Assembly: GCA_051362555.1 (NCBI GenBank)
Contig: CM120647.1
Location: 20,759,435 to 20,823,434 of the forward strand
Source of the DNA: Lingula anatina
Taxonomy: Eukaryota; Animalia; Brachiopoda
DNA length: 64,000 nucleotides
Direction of reading: 5' to 3'
The stretch's first letter is position 1, and each line of letters opens with the position of its first letter. Of this stretch, positions 14,693 through 27,052 are shown in pieces. The notes beneath the pieces were generated by a model that was not told where the DNA came from, did not search any database, and saw only the letters and a program-made list of their open reading frames with translations. Both the position numbers and the translations under genes were made by a program.

Positions 14693-14845
14693 ATGGGGAC
14701 TCTTGCTGAATGCAATCAAATAACAGACAAACACCCCTCCTCCTCCTGGTGTTAATACAGAGAAGCTGTTGATTATGAGTCTCAGAGTACATTGGACACA
14801 AGTGGAGGAATGTCAGTCTGTTAATCTGATCAGATTCAGCAAGAA
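14693..14845. mobile_element. Short palindromic MITE-like repeat, copy 2 (diverged)
   Basis: GGGGACTCTTGCTGAATGCA...ATTCAGCAAGA; similar along its length to 4100-4256. Confidence 0.6.
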
Positions 14846-16112
14846 CACTAGCTAAATTGACATAATTAACTCATTCTGAACAGTTCCATAGTTTTAAATG
14901 CCTGTGAAATCTTACCTTTCATTGTCATCACATATTTCATATCCAGTAGTGATACTGATGAACAAAAATTGTGAAAGCTTGTTCTGATAGCTTCCGGATA
15001 TTATTCATAGCCTTGATCAATATGGGTTGAAAAAAAACGAGTAATGGGTAAAAAGAAAAAGAAAAACCTCTCAGAATAAGCTTTCACACATTTTAGTCAT
15101 GAGTATCAGTTTTTAAACTAAAAAATATAAGCTGTTTCCATGGTAATGTATGGAAAAAGAATGGAGACTAGAATACCCCCCTTCCAGCTTCTGCCCCCCC
15201 CCCCCCCCCCCCCGAACTATTATACAGTGTATTAAAATAATGCAGTCAGCACAATAGGTGAGATGGGGGATACATTTAAGTGTGATGTAAAGGCTTAATT
15301 ATTCAAAGGGCACTGAACATAACATAGTTTTAATTAATCTACTAAGAATATGTGTGCCTCTGTGGAAGTTTGCTGTGATACATACAAGATGAGTGTGTTT
15401 GAAAATCATTGGCCTACATTTAGGAGACATTAGCCTATAGCAATGTGCTAAAGATGGACCCAAATTTTTATTTCTCTTTTTTTTTTAATTCCTCTTAGAA
15501 ATATTGGGAAGAAAGTAACCAAAGGTACCAATTATTATATTTATATTAATGTTTCATCTAGTCTATAAGTACTGACAATTAAAGAAGATTATTAATAACC
15601 AAAACTTTGACCTACCTGGGATTTTTTGAGTAGACAGGAACCTTGCCCGTATTTCAAACTGGTTCAAATCAGGAATATTCTTAAACATGGCCTTGTTCAA
15701 ATAATAAATTCTTTCATTCCGTTTTGGCCTTTTTTATCAACCAATCATGTGGCTCCCCAGAGGGGGATTCTGAATCTCAGAAGAGGTCGGGGTACTTATA
15801 ATTAAATGTACTTGGTTAAAAGAACTTTTTGTTCATGTTTTTTTGTTTGTTTGTTTGTTTGTTTGTTTGTTTGTTTGTTTTCACTATTTCACTTTTAAGA
15901 AATTAATGAGGCACTTCATAAAACTTAGAAGCATTTGATTTTTATTTTCTGCTGTTGTATGGCTCGTATGTAGGGTAAATTTCAAAGAGCCTGATAAAAA
16001 ATAGTGGAGGGGATGGAAATGTGTTCTTGGCTAATGGTATGGTTCTTTAGATTTCTCAATTAGATGGATCATTGATATTTTAACAACGAAATAAAACCTG
16101 GAAGCAATCAGA

Positions 16113-16675
16113 ACCAGTTGTCAAAAGTGCACAGGGTATATGTACCAGTTGTCATAAGTGCACAGGGTATATGAACCAGTTGTCATAAGTGCACAGGGTA
16201 TATGTATCAGTTGTCATAAGTGCACAGGGTATATGTACCAGTTGTCATAAGTGCACAGGGTATATGTACCAGTTGTCATAAGTGCACAGGGTATGTTTAC
16301 CAGTTGTCATAACTGCACAGGGTATATGTACCAGTTGTCATAAGTGCACAGGGTATATGAACCAGTTGTCATAAGTGCACAGGGTATATGAACCAGTTGT
16401 CATAAGTGCACAGGGCATATGAACCAGTTGTCATAAGTGCACAGGGTATATGTACCAGTTGTCATAAGTGCACAGGGTATATGTACCAGTTGTCATAAGT
16501 GCACAGGGTATATGTACCAGTTGTCATAAGTGCACAGGGTATATGAACCAGTTGTCATAAGTGCACAGGGTATATGAACCAGTTGTCATAAGTGCACAGG
16601 GTATATGAACCAGTTGTCATAAGTGCACAGGGTATATGAACCAGTTGTCATAAGTGCACAGGGTATGTTTACCAG
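16113..16675. repeat. 31-bp minisatellite, ~18 copies
   Basis: Unit ACCAGTTGTCATAAGTGCACAGGGTATATG(T/A), head to tail with no spacers. Confidence 0.95.
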
Positions 16676-17349
16676 TATATCAATTTTGCAACCTTACACA
16701 TGGAATATGGTAACAATTAAGTATTGAGAAATTTGCTTGTGTCCTTGCAACTACTGATTCAAGTCTACCCCCTGTACCATCCTCACATTACGTTCCAATC
16801 AGCTGTTTACATAGGCTGTGAAAAGGTGAATAATTTCAGAGGGAGAAATAAAATAGCAGTTATCACATTCATGTGGGTTGGGGGGGGGGGATTACTTGAA
16901 AAGAAACATGATTTGAAATAAAATTGATTTAAATATACCTTTTTTTCTACTCTTTTTAATCCAGAGAAAAAGTAAAAATCAATGTTTCTCTAATGATAAT
17001 TAATCTCTAATTTTTTTTTTTTTAATAAGATTGATTTTTAGTAGTGTAAATTTTAAATGGTTTCCAATGAGAGTTTATGATTAAAATATTGTAGTCATTT
17101 TAATGATTTTAGTATATTAGCCATTATTGTAAGGCGCCTTGAGATAGAATGTAAGGCGCCATATAAGAATCTTATTATTATTATATATTATAGATGATCA
17201 TATATGTACATCAGACTACATGTACATTAAAGTTTGTTGAAAAATGAGACATGAATTATTTTAATTAAAAAAAAAGAATCAGGCATATTCTCAACCTTAA
17301 CTCCCACAGGGATACAAGCTGAGGACGAAAGACTTGGAAGTTACATTGA

Positions 17350-19680
17350 AGGTAGGGAATACCCCCCCCCCCTTAATCACCAATCACCAAGAATTAAAAC
17401 AGCTCAATCACTAATCACCAAGATATATTCATGCCAATCACCAAGAATTCCTGAATCACATTTCACACAGAATATTGGGCTCAAATAAGGCATCACGCTC
17501 GAAAAATAAGGCCAATCACGCAGAACGCAAAACAGCCATTCCACGAAAAAGGGTACAATTCTGAATAATACCTGTCGCAGCTTATTTACAGTAGTAAAAG
17601 CATCTGCAATTTAGCTTTTTTTAGCCTTTTTTAGCAGGACCCGATGTGTTCTACTTAAAAAACAACAATTGATATAGTACCACTTGCTTTGACGGGAACC
17701 CCGGGGGTCTATATGCCGCAAAAAGCACGATTTCGACGTGTCGCTTCGGTATTATAGCTGATTTGCCACAAGAAAAAGTTTATATTTTCCCGTATTTTAG
17801 TGTTTTTAGTGCTCAACTAATTTGAATTCATGTTTCTATTTATCATACATGGTGTTCTCTGTCGAATTTGTTGGTTAGTTACGTCACTGTGATAGTTTAA
17901 TCAATGTCGCTCAGTAACCCCTAACCTCCGTAACGCTTTTTTAACTCAGTGTAAGAATAAAAGAAAATGCTCTTAAATGGCCTTCCTGTGCATTTTTCAA
18001 ACTCTTAATACATGAAGTTTAATAAAACAGTGCTATTTTTTAATTTTGAATGTTGCGTTCCATCATAGAGAATGTTAACTCACAAAAGTCGGGGTGTCGC
18101 ATTTAAGAGCCTAACCTCAGTAACGGACCAAATTTGAAGAAAATGTTGTTTTAGAAAGTTAAAAACAACATTTTTGTTAAGCAAGGACCAACTTCTTCCT
18201 AAAAAATTCATTCAATAGTTATGCAAAGTTATCCCGAGGATAAAAACTGAAAAAGAGTGCGTGTCACCTTGCATCCGTTATGCTAACCTCCGTTACCGAA
18301 ATAAGTTAATTGTTATAAAAATGACTGTTAATACTTCAATACGTTATTTCTGTGGTTTTGTGAGTTAGTTCTGATCATAGAAGTAGTTCTACTTCTATGT
18401 TCTGATGTAGTATGCATTCATACGGCTTGCTGTTAAAGACATTACCCCGTATTAATATAGATATAAAATATACATATATAGCTGATAATTCTATCAAGAT
18501 AAGCTAACCATTTAAGTTTTTACTCGAGTTTGCTATAAAATCGGGGGTAAATCGTGATTTGTTTTTTCAAATTGATTTCCATTTGTCACTTGACGATGCC
18601 TTTTTGAACTTATCATTCTGATTTTAAGCGAAATGAGGAGTTTTCAGGACTGTCTTGGCAAGAAAAATGGTACTAGCTGAGATCAGTACTAGCGTACATG
18701 TAGCAGACATTATTTTCGCGGGAGACATATGGCGAAATATATTAAGCATTGAAGCAACGCTTGTATTTATCAGGTAGAACTGCGGGGTTATTAGGCCCTA
18801 TTTTACTGTTTCAGTAGCACATAATAGTTTTTAACATCTTCTAGATGCTTCCAGTAACTTTAAATGGACAATTATCCGCAAACACGTGTCTATTGTCGGC
18901 CTACTTGATTGTATACATCAACTTTCTCGGGTATTGTGTTGTTTTTTACTGCCTATAGCTGCGATCATGTACACGTAGGTTTAATGTTTTGTTATTATGT
19001 AACGTTTGTCATATCTGTAATACTACAAATTCCGAATTCAGCCTCTAAAGTCTACTTTAAGCTAAGAAATATCAAAACAAATATGATCGCTATTAATGAC
19101 CTAACCTCCGTTACGAAATTGCTCATTTTTCATTTGAACATTGGATATGTGTGTGCTCATTGATCAATGCTCATATCATAATAGATTGATTGCACTTTGT
19201 TCATAAACAAATAGAATGATAAAAAAGAAAGTCTGTCCCCAATGATTAATAAAATATTTAAATTGGAATATCTCAGGCTTTGTATTTATAGAAAACGAGC
19301 CACTTATTATCAATGTGTTTGCACCGCATTTTCTATAATTGAAGAGAAATCTTAAATGGGCAATAATATTTTGAATACATACAAAATCTTAATAATTGAA
19401 TCAAATATGGAGCCTGTGACCTTTGGCATGATTGAAATATAAGCTAATTTAGATGTTACCTAACCTCCGTAACGAAAAAAATACTGTACCATGTTTACAC
19501 GTGCATATTTCTTTAAATATAGTAATGGTGTGGGTTAAAATTCTTCTACTACTCTCTGAATACCTCTTCATCAAAATAATATAAAAAGTTTTCCAGTTTT
19601 GCAAAGTTCATATCACTGCATTTCTTGTTTTGGAATTGTACCCCTTTTCGTGGAATGGCCGAAAAGGTATTCCCTACCCT
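17350..19680. mobile_element. Small MITE-like element (TIR GGTAGGGAATACC; AATCAC repeats) split by a 2.1-kb insertion
   Basis: GGTAGGGAATACC at 17351 and GGTATTCCCTACC at 19666 are exact inverted repeats enclosing the element listed next. Confidence 0.6.
17533..19661. mobile_element. Non-autonomous TIR DNA transposon (~2.1 kb), superfamily unassigned
   Basis: TIRs GCCATTCCACGAAAAAGGGTACAATTC / GAATTGTACCCCTTTTCGTGGAATGGC; AAAA on both flanks; internal motif CTAACCTCCGT(A/T)AC at ~17921, 18111, 18283, 19101, 19461; no transposase ORF. Confidence 0.75.
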
Positions 19681-19754
19681 GTTTACTCACTCATTTCAAG
19701 CTCTTCACATTGGTGACACATTGGTCAAGTCATGCAGATAAAGATAATAAGGGA

Positions 19755-21103
19755 TGGGGGGGGGGGGGGGGCAGGGATAGGGCGTGGTGGCAGCAGGGGT
19801 CGGATGTGGGGGCGGCAGGGATAGGGCGTGGTGGCAGCAGGGGTAGGATGTGGGGGGGGCAGGGATAGGGCGTGGTGGCAGCAGGGGTAGGATGTGGGGG
19901 GGGCAGGGATAGGGCGTGGTGGCAGCAGGGGTAGGATGTGGGGGGGGCAGGGATAGGGCGTGGTGGCGGCAGGGGTAGGATGTGAGGGGGGCAGGGATAG
20001 GGCGTGGTGGCGGCAGGGGTAGGATGTGGGGGGGGCAGGGATAGGGCGTGGTGGCAGCAGGGGTAGGATGTGGGGGGGGCAGGGATAGGGCGTGGTGGCG
20101 GCAGGGGTAGGATGTGAGGGGGGCAGGGATAGGGCGTGGTGGCGGCAGGGGTAGGATGTGGGGGGGGCAGGGATAGGGCGTGGTGGCAGCAGGGGTAGGA
20201 TGTGGGGGGGGCAGGGATAGGGCGTGGTGGCAGCAGGGGTAGGATGTGGGGGGGGCAGGGATAGGGCGTGGTGGCAGCAGGTGTAGGATGTGGGGGGGGG
20301 CAGGGATAGGGCGTGATGGCGGCAGGGGTAGGATGTGGGGGGGCAGGGATAGGGCGTGGTGGCGGCAGGGGTAGGATGTGGGGGGGGCAGGGATAGGGCG
20401 TGGTGGCAGCAGGGGTAGGATGTGGGGGGGGCAGGGATAGGGCGTGGTGGCGGCAGGGGTAGGATGTGGGGGGGGGCAGGGATAGGGCGTGGTGGCAGCA
20501 GGGGTAGGATGTGGGGGGGGCAGGGATAGGGCGTGGTGGCAGCAGGGGTAGGATGTGGGGGGGGCAGGGATAGGGCGTGGTGGCAGCAGGGGTAGGATGT
20601 GGGGGGCAGGGATAGGGCGTGGTGGCAGCAGGGGTAGGATGTGGGGGGGCAGGGATAGGGCGTGGTGGCAGCAGGGGTAGGATGTGGGGGGGGCAGGGAT
20701 AGGGCGTGGTGGCGGCAGGGGTAGGATGTGGGGGGGCAGGGATAGGGCGTGGTGGCGGCAGGGGTAGGATGTGGGGGGGGCAGGGATAGGGCGTGGTGGC
20801 AGCAGGGGTAGGATGTGGGGGGGGCAGGGATAGGGCGTGGTGGCGGCAGGGGTAGGATGTGGGGGGGGGGCAGGGATAGGGCGTGGTGGCAGCAGGGGTA
20901 GGATGTGGGGGGGGCAGGGATAGGGCGTGGTGGCAGCAGGGGTAGGATGTGGGGGGGGGCAGGGATAGGGCGTGGTGGCAGCAGGGGTAGGATGTGGGGG
21001 GCAGGGATAGGGCGTGGTGGCAGCAGGGGTAGGATGTGGGGGGGCAGGGATAGGGCGTGGTGGCAGCAGGGGTAGGATGTGGGGGGAGGGGGAGGTGGGA
21101 GGG
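19755..21103. repeat. G-rich ~45-bp minisatellite, ~30 copies
   Basis: Unit CAGGGATAGGGCGTGGTGGC(A/G)GCAGGGGTAGGATGT(G)n with a variable G run. Confidence 0.95.
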
Positions 21104-21802
21104 CAGTCCAAAGGCAGTGGGGGTTATTGAAAATTGGGACAAACTGTCTTTTTCCTCAAAAAAAAGGACCACCCTGAATCAAAATGCATATCCAATTGTT
21201 TAATATTTCTTTGTGAAGAGGTTAAAAAGTCTATAGACTTTTTTAGAAGAAAAGATCATGCCCCCCTCCTTTGAGATTGCTGTCTGCAGGCTTTTACAGC
21301 TTCTTTTAAACAAAAGAGAGCAAATTCATCTTAGCATGTTCATTTATCAAAAATGGAGGAGAGCAAGAGAACTGATGTAAGGTCATGGCTGGTATGCTAA
21401 AGTGATCAGATGATTTAATTGTAAAGGTGGCTTCCTCCATCATCTTGTATAATGTATCAACATGCAATTGAGTTGTCAGTGCTCACGTCATACTGAGGCA
21501 CCTAATTACGTCTTTAAATTGAGAACTGCACTGTTTGTTGAACATGATATGTTTACAAAGCCCCTAGGGGAAGGTAAAACATTGCTGGGGAATCCAAATG
21601 TTTCCACATGGAGTTTTGTTATTTAGTGTTTGTTGTGAGATGGAGGGATGAGATTGATGTCTTTACTTATGGTTGGTTAAGCACAGAGATTACATTGTCC
21701 TTCACTGAGGACACGTTATTCATTTTTCTGGTGTATCTCATGACAGATTTTATTTGTTCTGTGAAGTTGGCATTGGGCAATCGGGAATTGCTTTTTTTTT
21801 GT

Positions 21803-21804
<2 letters not shown>

Positions 21805-21880
<76 letters not shown>
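21805..21880. repeat. (TA)n microsatellite
   Basis: Directly visible; a second tract lies at 23201-23276. Confidence 0.95.
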
Positions 21881-21892
<12 letters not shown>

Positions 21893-23193
21893 CCACTGAA
21901 TGGCAAGCACAGCATTGAGGATGGGGTTAATAGCAAGGCCCATGCACACCTCCAGGCTACTGTGCTTGAACATTACACATATAAAACAAGCATTTAATAT
22001 ACAGTACAGAGCATGATCAGAGGGTCATATGCACTCGTGCACATATGCATGCAAAAGTGTAGAGGACTATACATGTATATTACACTCAAACAGGCATTTA
22101 TAGACACTGCATATATTAATACAGCGTATACACACTCATACACAGGTATACGCATACAACTACTGTCCTGCATTGGCAGTACATTATATTACTTACACAC
22201 ATAGTATATGACCAGAGATCCACATACTCATATACTGGTACTTCACAACAATTGGCACACATACCCAGCACATCAATATACTGTACATATACAGACACGC
22301 ATGCACTGTGTAGATCAAGATGATTGATCTCAAGGTAAAAACTTGAAACCCACAAGTGGAGAAAATTGTACATACCAGGTGAGAGCACCTGCACCAAGCC
22401 CCCCCCCTCCACCCCCATTCTCTTACAGACACACCCTTCACCCCACCTTTAGTGACCAAAAATATAAAGAGAATGCCTGAGGATAGTTTGATTTATTAAC
22501 ATTGACAAGAATTCAGTGAGGAAATGTAATACATCAATGTGATTGGATAAAAACAACAGTCAGAACATTGAAATGGTTGCATGGACAACATTGAGAGTAG
22601 GCTGCCTTTCGATTACTTATGTGAGCCCTATTTTGCTAACTTAGGTACCTTTACAAATTCTCAATAGTGTTCCTATTATACATTTGTGCTAAAGTCAGTG
22701 AACTGTGCAATCAATTCTTAATTATCTGTGTTGATTGTGTTGTTGTTTGTGTTGATATTGTTAATCTATGCTGCATTATCCAGTATTACATTGATGCCGC
22801 TCATTTTATATTATGTCAGGCACGTATGGGGGGAGGGTTGAATGGATTCCCCTCAAAAAAAGTGTACGTTATGATGAAGAAATGCATTATTCTGACTGGG
22901 GTTAAATTACGGTTGGTAAATAAAGTTTTCTTTTAAATTTTACTGCCCTCTTTTGATTTTTTTTCTCTCTTTTGTTTCGCTGTATGTTCTTTGTAGGTCT
23001 GTTTATGAGTGAGTCAAGGTTGTCACGCTTTCTCTGTCAAAGTCAAATATTTCTGTCAATGTCATATGTTAACTGTTTATGTACTGGTATTTGACCCATG
23101 AATTATGGCGATTGAGACCCTTTTCTGTTTGCAGTTATTTGTGTGTGATTTAAGCCAGTAAATGTAATTCTTAATATTTTTCTATATTCATTA

Positions 23194-23280
<87 letters not shown>

Positions 23281-24231
23281 TAATAAATAAATAAATAAAT
23301 AAACAAGAGACATGCAATAACCCCGACTCCGAGTTTCACGGGCATACCCAGAAGGTATGCCCGATCGTCAGGAGGTTTATTTGAAAAATATATGTATCAA
23401 TTTGTGTGTGTATGTGTGTGTTTAAGCATGACAGTTGCATATTTGGCTACATTTTCCTTGCCTGTAATCATCTAACATAAAAACACATCATTACACATTT
23501 AAATTAAAAAATTCTCCTGACAAACTTTCAGATTCCTTTTTGCTGTTGATTCACTTCAAACATTGACAGTATTTTATTGAAATAAACCTCATCAGTTGTT
23601 ATAAATTATAGCTGATTAATTGATTTATAATGGGTGGTCTCTGCAATCATATCAAGTTTAATTAATAACCATTGATAAACTTTCAGTTATAAATTGATTT
23701 CAGGGAGTGCGTTCAATCACTCATAGTTGATCATCATGGGTTTCTCCATTACCTGGATATGGGTTATTAATTTTGATTAATTAAAAGGTAATCTTTATGG
23801 TAATTTTTGCACCAAAATGCAATTTTCCCCTACTCATGGTTGATCCATCCCTGCCCTCAATGTTTTGTACCATTTTGAATTGAATAACATTAATTTTTCA
23901 AAACAGCAGGATTGATTTAGACTACTTTATCTTCCTAACATTTAAGAAGGAAATGTCAGCATCGTTTACTTTTATTTGCAGGATTTTAATTTTTTTAAAG
24001 TAATGTTTCTGAAGGAGGGGAGGGAATCATTTTAATAAAAAATTAAAATTTTTATTTATCTGGGAAAGTTTTAGAGCTTTGCAGCATATTTACACATGAA
24101 CATAAAACTTGGTGTCTAATATGTACAGTATGCTTTTATTATTTATATAATTACTTGTAATTCTGATAATTTCATTTGTAAACATCACTGAGACGGTAGT
24201 GTAGTGCGCTTTTTAAGAAACTTTTAGTCAA

Positions 24232-24273
<42 letters not shown>

Positions 24274-24654
24274 AAACTCTCACTTTCGTTCTCTTTGTTT
24301 TTGTTTTGTTTTTTTTTTCATTTCAGATAAAATATGAACATTACAAATATAGTACTTCCATCCCCCACCCACCTCACCCCATCCCCATTATCTGGTGTCA
24401 TTTCTTCTGAATCTATGCTTCTTGCTCTCTGATGTTTCTGTCATGATTTCATTTTTATCCTGTCATATATTCTGTTAATTTCTCTACTGAATCTAGACTC
24501 CTTTTCCTGAGACCCTTCTCATTTCCATATACAATAATAACCAAATTCTATGTGGAAATAGTGCAATAACAATACAACTCTGCAAAGCATCTTCAATACT
24601 GCACAGATACAAGTCCCTGTTTTAATTGATATATTTCACTTTGTATATTTGCAG

Positions 24655-24828
24655 GAGTGCTTGACAGCAGAGAAATGTGCCCCGTATCTCCTGTGTCGCG
24701 GTCTGGTGAGGATACGTTGTTATCAGGAGCTGAGCCGTGTCATAGCACATTTGACCAGAGTGGGGTGGATCAACTTCGGTATCATCTCTCCCCCGCCAGA
24801 CCTCGCTGTGTTACCTGACAGGCACAAG
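24655..24828 (+). CDS. KDM1B: KDM1B/LSD2 exon, C-terminal part of the SWIRM domain
   Basis: ttgcag| ... |gtgaat, 174 nt, phase 0; ECLTAEKCAPYLLCRGLVRIRCYQELSRVIAHLTRVGWINFG matches the LSD2-specific RGLVRIRC...INxG segment as I recall it. Confidence 0.9.
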
Positions 24829-25110
24829 GTGAATTTTTGTTTGTTTGTTTGTTTGATTTAAGTATAAAATAAAAAGTGAAATCAGATTTTAAAGTTCACA
24901 TTTCTTATTTTCCATGGACCTTTTTTCATAATTCAAAATACTTCAGCTAGTATACATACATACACTGCACATGTTCATTTTGTTCAGTTCACTGACTTTT
25001 TTTATTCACTAATATTAATTGATTTAATTGTTTTTCTGTCTTGCATATTTCATTTTCCAAGCTCCTTATTGTCATGAATAACTTGAGTGTAAACTTGTCT
25101 GCTATTTCAG

Positions 25111-25185
25111 CCAGAAGTTATAGTAATTGGGGCAGGAGCTGCTGGTCTTGGCGCAGCCAAACAACTCAAAAACTTTGCTGCCAAG
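25111..25185 (+). CDS. KDM1B: KDM1B/LSD2 exon, FAD-binding GxGxxG motif
   Basis: tttcag| ... |gtactg, 75 nt, phase 0; PEVIVIGAGAAGLGAAKQLKNFAAK. Confidence 0.9.
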
Positions 25186-25616
25186 GTACTGCTGATGCTG
25201 ACCTATAAGAATCTGATGAAAAGGAGGGGGGGTCCAAAAACAAAAATCTAGAAAAAAGGACCTTTTACTTTGGATTTTATGACATGAAGAGGATTTTAAT
25301 TTTAGGACCAAATAGAACTGAAAACCCTTGTCAAACATACTATACCTCTGTTAACGCAATGAAGTTGGATTGATTGATAATATTTTAACTGTTACAGTGA
25401 TTTCTCATAATTCTGACAATATAACATATTTGATCAGTTATTTTATATGAAATGTAAGAATAGAATTTAACTTCAGTGGATCATATGTACATCAGTTACC
25501 CTGTATAACGTGGGGATCGATTGCTTATTTATTTATTTATTACTACACCCAGGGTGAAATGTCAGAATAGATTATAACTTCAATGCATCAGGCATACATG
25601 GATTATGCCATAGGAT

Positions 25617-25659
<43 letters not shown>

Positions 25660-25671
25660 TTACTACCCCAG

Positions 25672-25758
25672 GTGTGCATCCTTGAGGCTGCTGACCACAT
25701 TGGTGGACGTGTTTGGGATGACCAGTCACTAGGGGTGTGTGCTGGACGAGGGGCCATG
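25672..25758 (+). pseudogene. KDM1B: KDM1B/LSD2 amine-oxidase exon, truncated at the Polinton junction
   Basis: ccccag|VCILEAADHIGGRVWDDQSLGVCAGRGAM, after which the sequence switches into the Polinton TIR with no splice donor; no further LSD2 exons are seen in the window. Confidence 0.85.
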
Positions 25759-25983
25759 CTTTTGATTTCTGACTACCTTATAACTTACAATGAGTGTGTC
25801 AACAATGAAGTAGCTGTAACAAAAATTTGTGAGTTTAAGCTCGCATATTGGGCAACTTTGGCTTACTGAGTACCTTATAACTTATAATAGAGTGTGTCAA
25901 CAATAAAGACAGCATTTCTTTTGTATTTTTGGGCAACTTCAACTTACAATAGACTGTGCAAACATCCACGCCTGGTGTAGAGT
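25756..25983. repeat. Left TIR of the Polinton (outer ~275 bp missing)
   Basis: Reverse complement of 39072-39411, which has an extra internal ~119-bp duplication; no counterpart for 39412-39688. Confidence 0.9.
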
Positions 25984-26050
25984 ACTTAATTAAGAGGACT
26001 GATCATTAGTTTTACCTCCATACTCAGTGTACATTTTAACAATATCAACC

Positions 26051-26884
26051 ATGTCTCGATATTTTAAACTGAGCGAAAGCTTTCTGCTTAGCGTCTGTCT
26101 GAATAAGTATCAGAAACCTATAGTTGTGATAAGTGAATTGCGATCATGCAACAAACTTAGATTCTCTGCAGAAGCTTGGGAAGTATTGAAATCTACAATA
26201 CCGAACACTGAATCATCGATGAGTTCCTTACATGAATCGAACCCCATATGGATAGAGAACAATGGTGTTAGAGTAACGATCCACGACTACGAACCGAGTA
26301 TCACTATATGCTACAACCCTTACAAGAAGACATCTCGGCCACAATTTGAGGTAGAGATAGATCGTGCTACGTGGAAAACTTTGGTATGTAAAATACCTGA
26401 GATTGATGAAAGAATTAGGGTTTTAGCAAGTCCTCCGATCGCTGTGCCTAGTGTTGCAGTCGTTAAAATGAATGAGAGAGATGTAACAGAGGACATTGCT
26501 CTCGTTCGCCTTCTCTATATCAAGTTCATAGCCAGAGAAATTTCAAGATTAGCCGCCAAGTACTGTACCGGGTGCGTTTCTGACCATCCTTCGCAAAAAC
26601 ATCATATGGATGGATGCATGGCTGAGTGGGATTGCTCCGTGCGTACCTATTTTGACGACGCCAAGGACAACATCACACATCAAAAGATTCTTCGGGGGTA
26701 TAAAATAGTGAGAGAGAAACAGAATGAGTATGAAAACCCATACGTGTTATCCGTGATAATGTCTGTACCAATGTTAGAGGATTTTCTGCAGGATGTCTCT
26801 AATGAGAAAGAACTGTGGGTCCCTGATACCGAGATAGCTAAACTTGCATATGATGCATATGACACTGTGAACAATGACATTTAA
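26051..26884 (+). CDS. Polinton accessory ORF (~277 aa) with a CxGC...HPSQxxH...C motif; N-terminus possibly two PC4-like repeats
   Basis: Intact ORF with ACCATG start; CTGCVSDHPSQKHHMDGC; twin motifs LRFSAEAWEVL and VEIDRATWKTL; AATAAA at ~27042. Confidence 0.7.
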   Translation: MSRYFKLSESFLLSVCLNKYQKPIVVISELRSCNKLRFSAEAWEVLKSTIPNTESSMSSLHESNPIWIENNGVRVTIHDYEPSITICYNPYKKTSRPQFEVEIDRATWKTLVCKIPEIDERIRVLASPPIAVPSVAVVKMNERDVTEDIALVRLLYIKFIAREISRLAAKYCTGCVSDHPSQKHHMDGCMAEWDCSVRTYFDDAKDNITHQKILRGYKIVREKQNEYENPYVLSVIMSVPMLEDFLQDVSNEKELWVPDTEIAKLAYDAYDTVNNDI

Positions 26885-26889
26885 ATGAA

Positions 26890-26925
<36 letters not shown>

Positions 26926-27052
26926 AGCAAGTGACTGTTTACATACTGTATGTTACTTTTATTAGAAAGAGAAAAACTGTCAAATCGCATATATCTTTGC
27001 TTTTCATAAAGGAAGAATATTTATGTTAGTTGTATTCACTGAATAAAATGTA

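Noticed and set aside
16113-16675. CRISPR-like array (31-bp repeats)
   Set aside because: Repeats are contiguous with no unique spacers, no cas genes, eukaryotic context.
17310-17351. Candidate extra KDM1B exon (cag|...IQAEDERLGSYIE|gtaggg)
   Set aside because: No recognisable LSD2 similarity, and the apparent donor is part of a MITE TIR.
19705-21172. 468- and 480-aa proline-rich ORFs
   Set aside because: Translations of the C-rich strand of a minisatellite; variable G-run lengths shift frames freely.
21608-23345. IYIYIY-rich ORFs
   Set aside because: Translations of (TA)n microsatellites.
26891-26920. Poly(A) run after the 26051 ORF as a retrocopy tail
   Set aside because: No AATAAA before it and no TSD; long A runs are common throughout this window.
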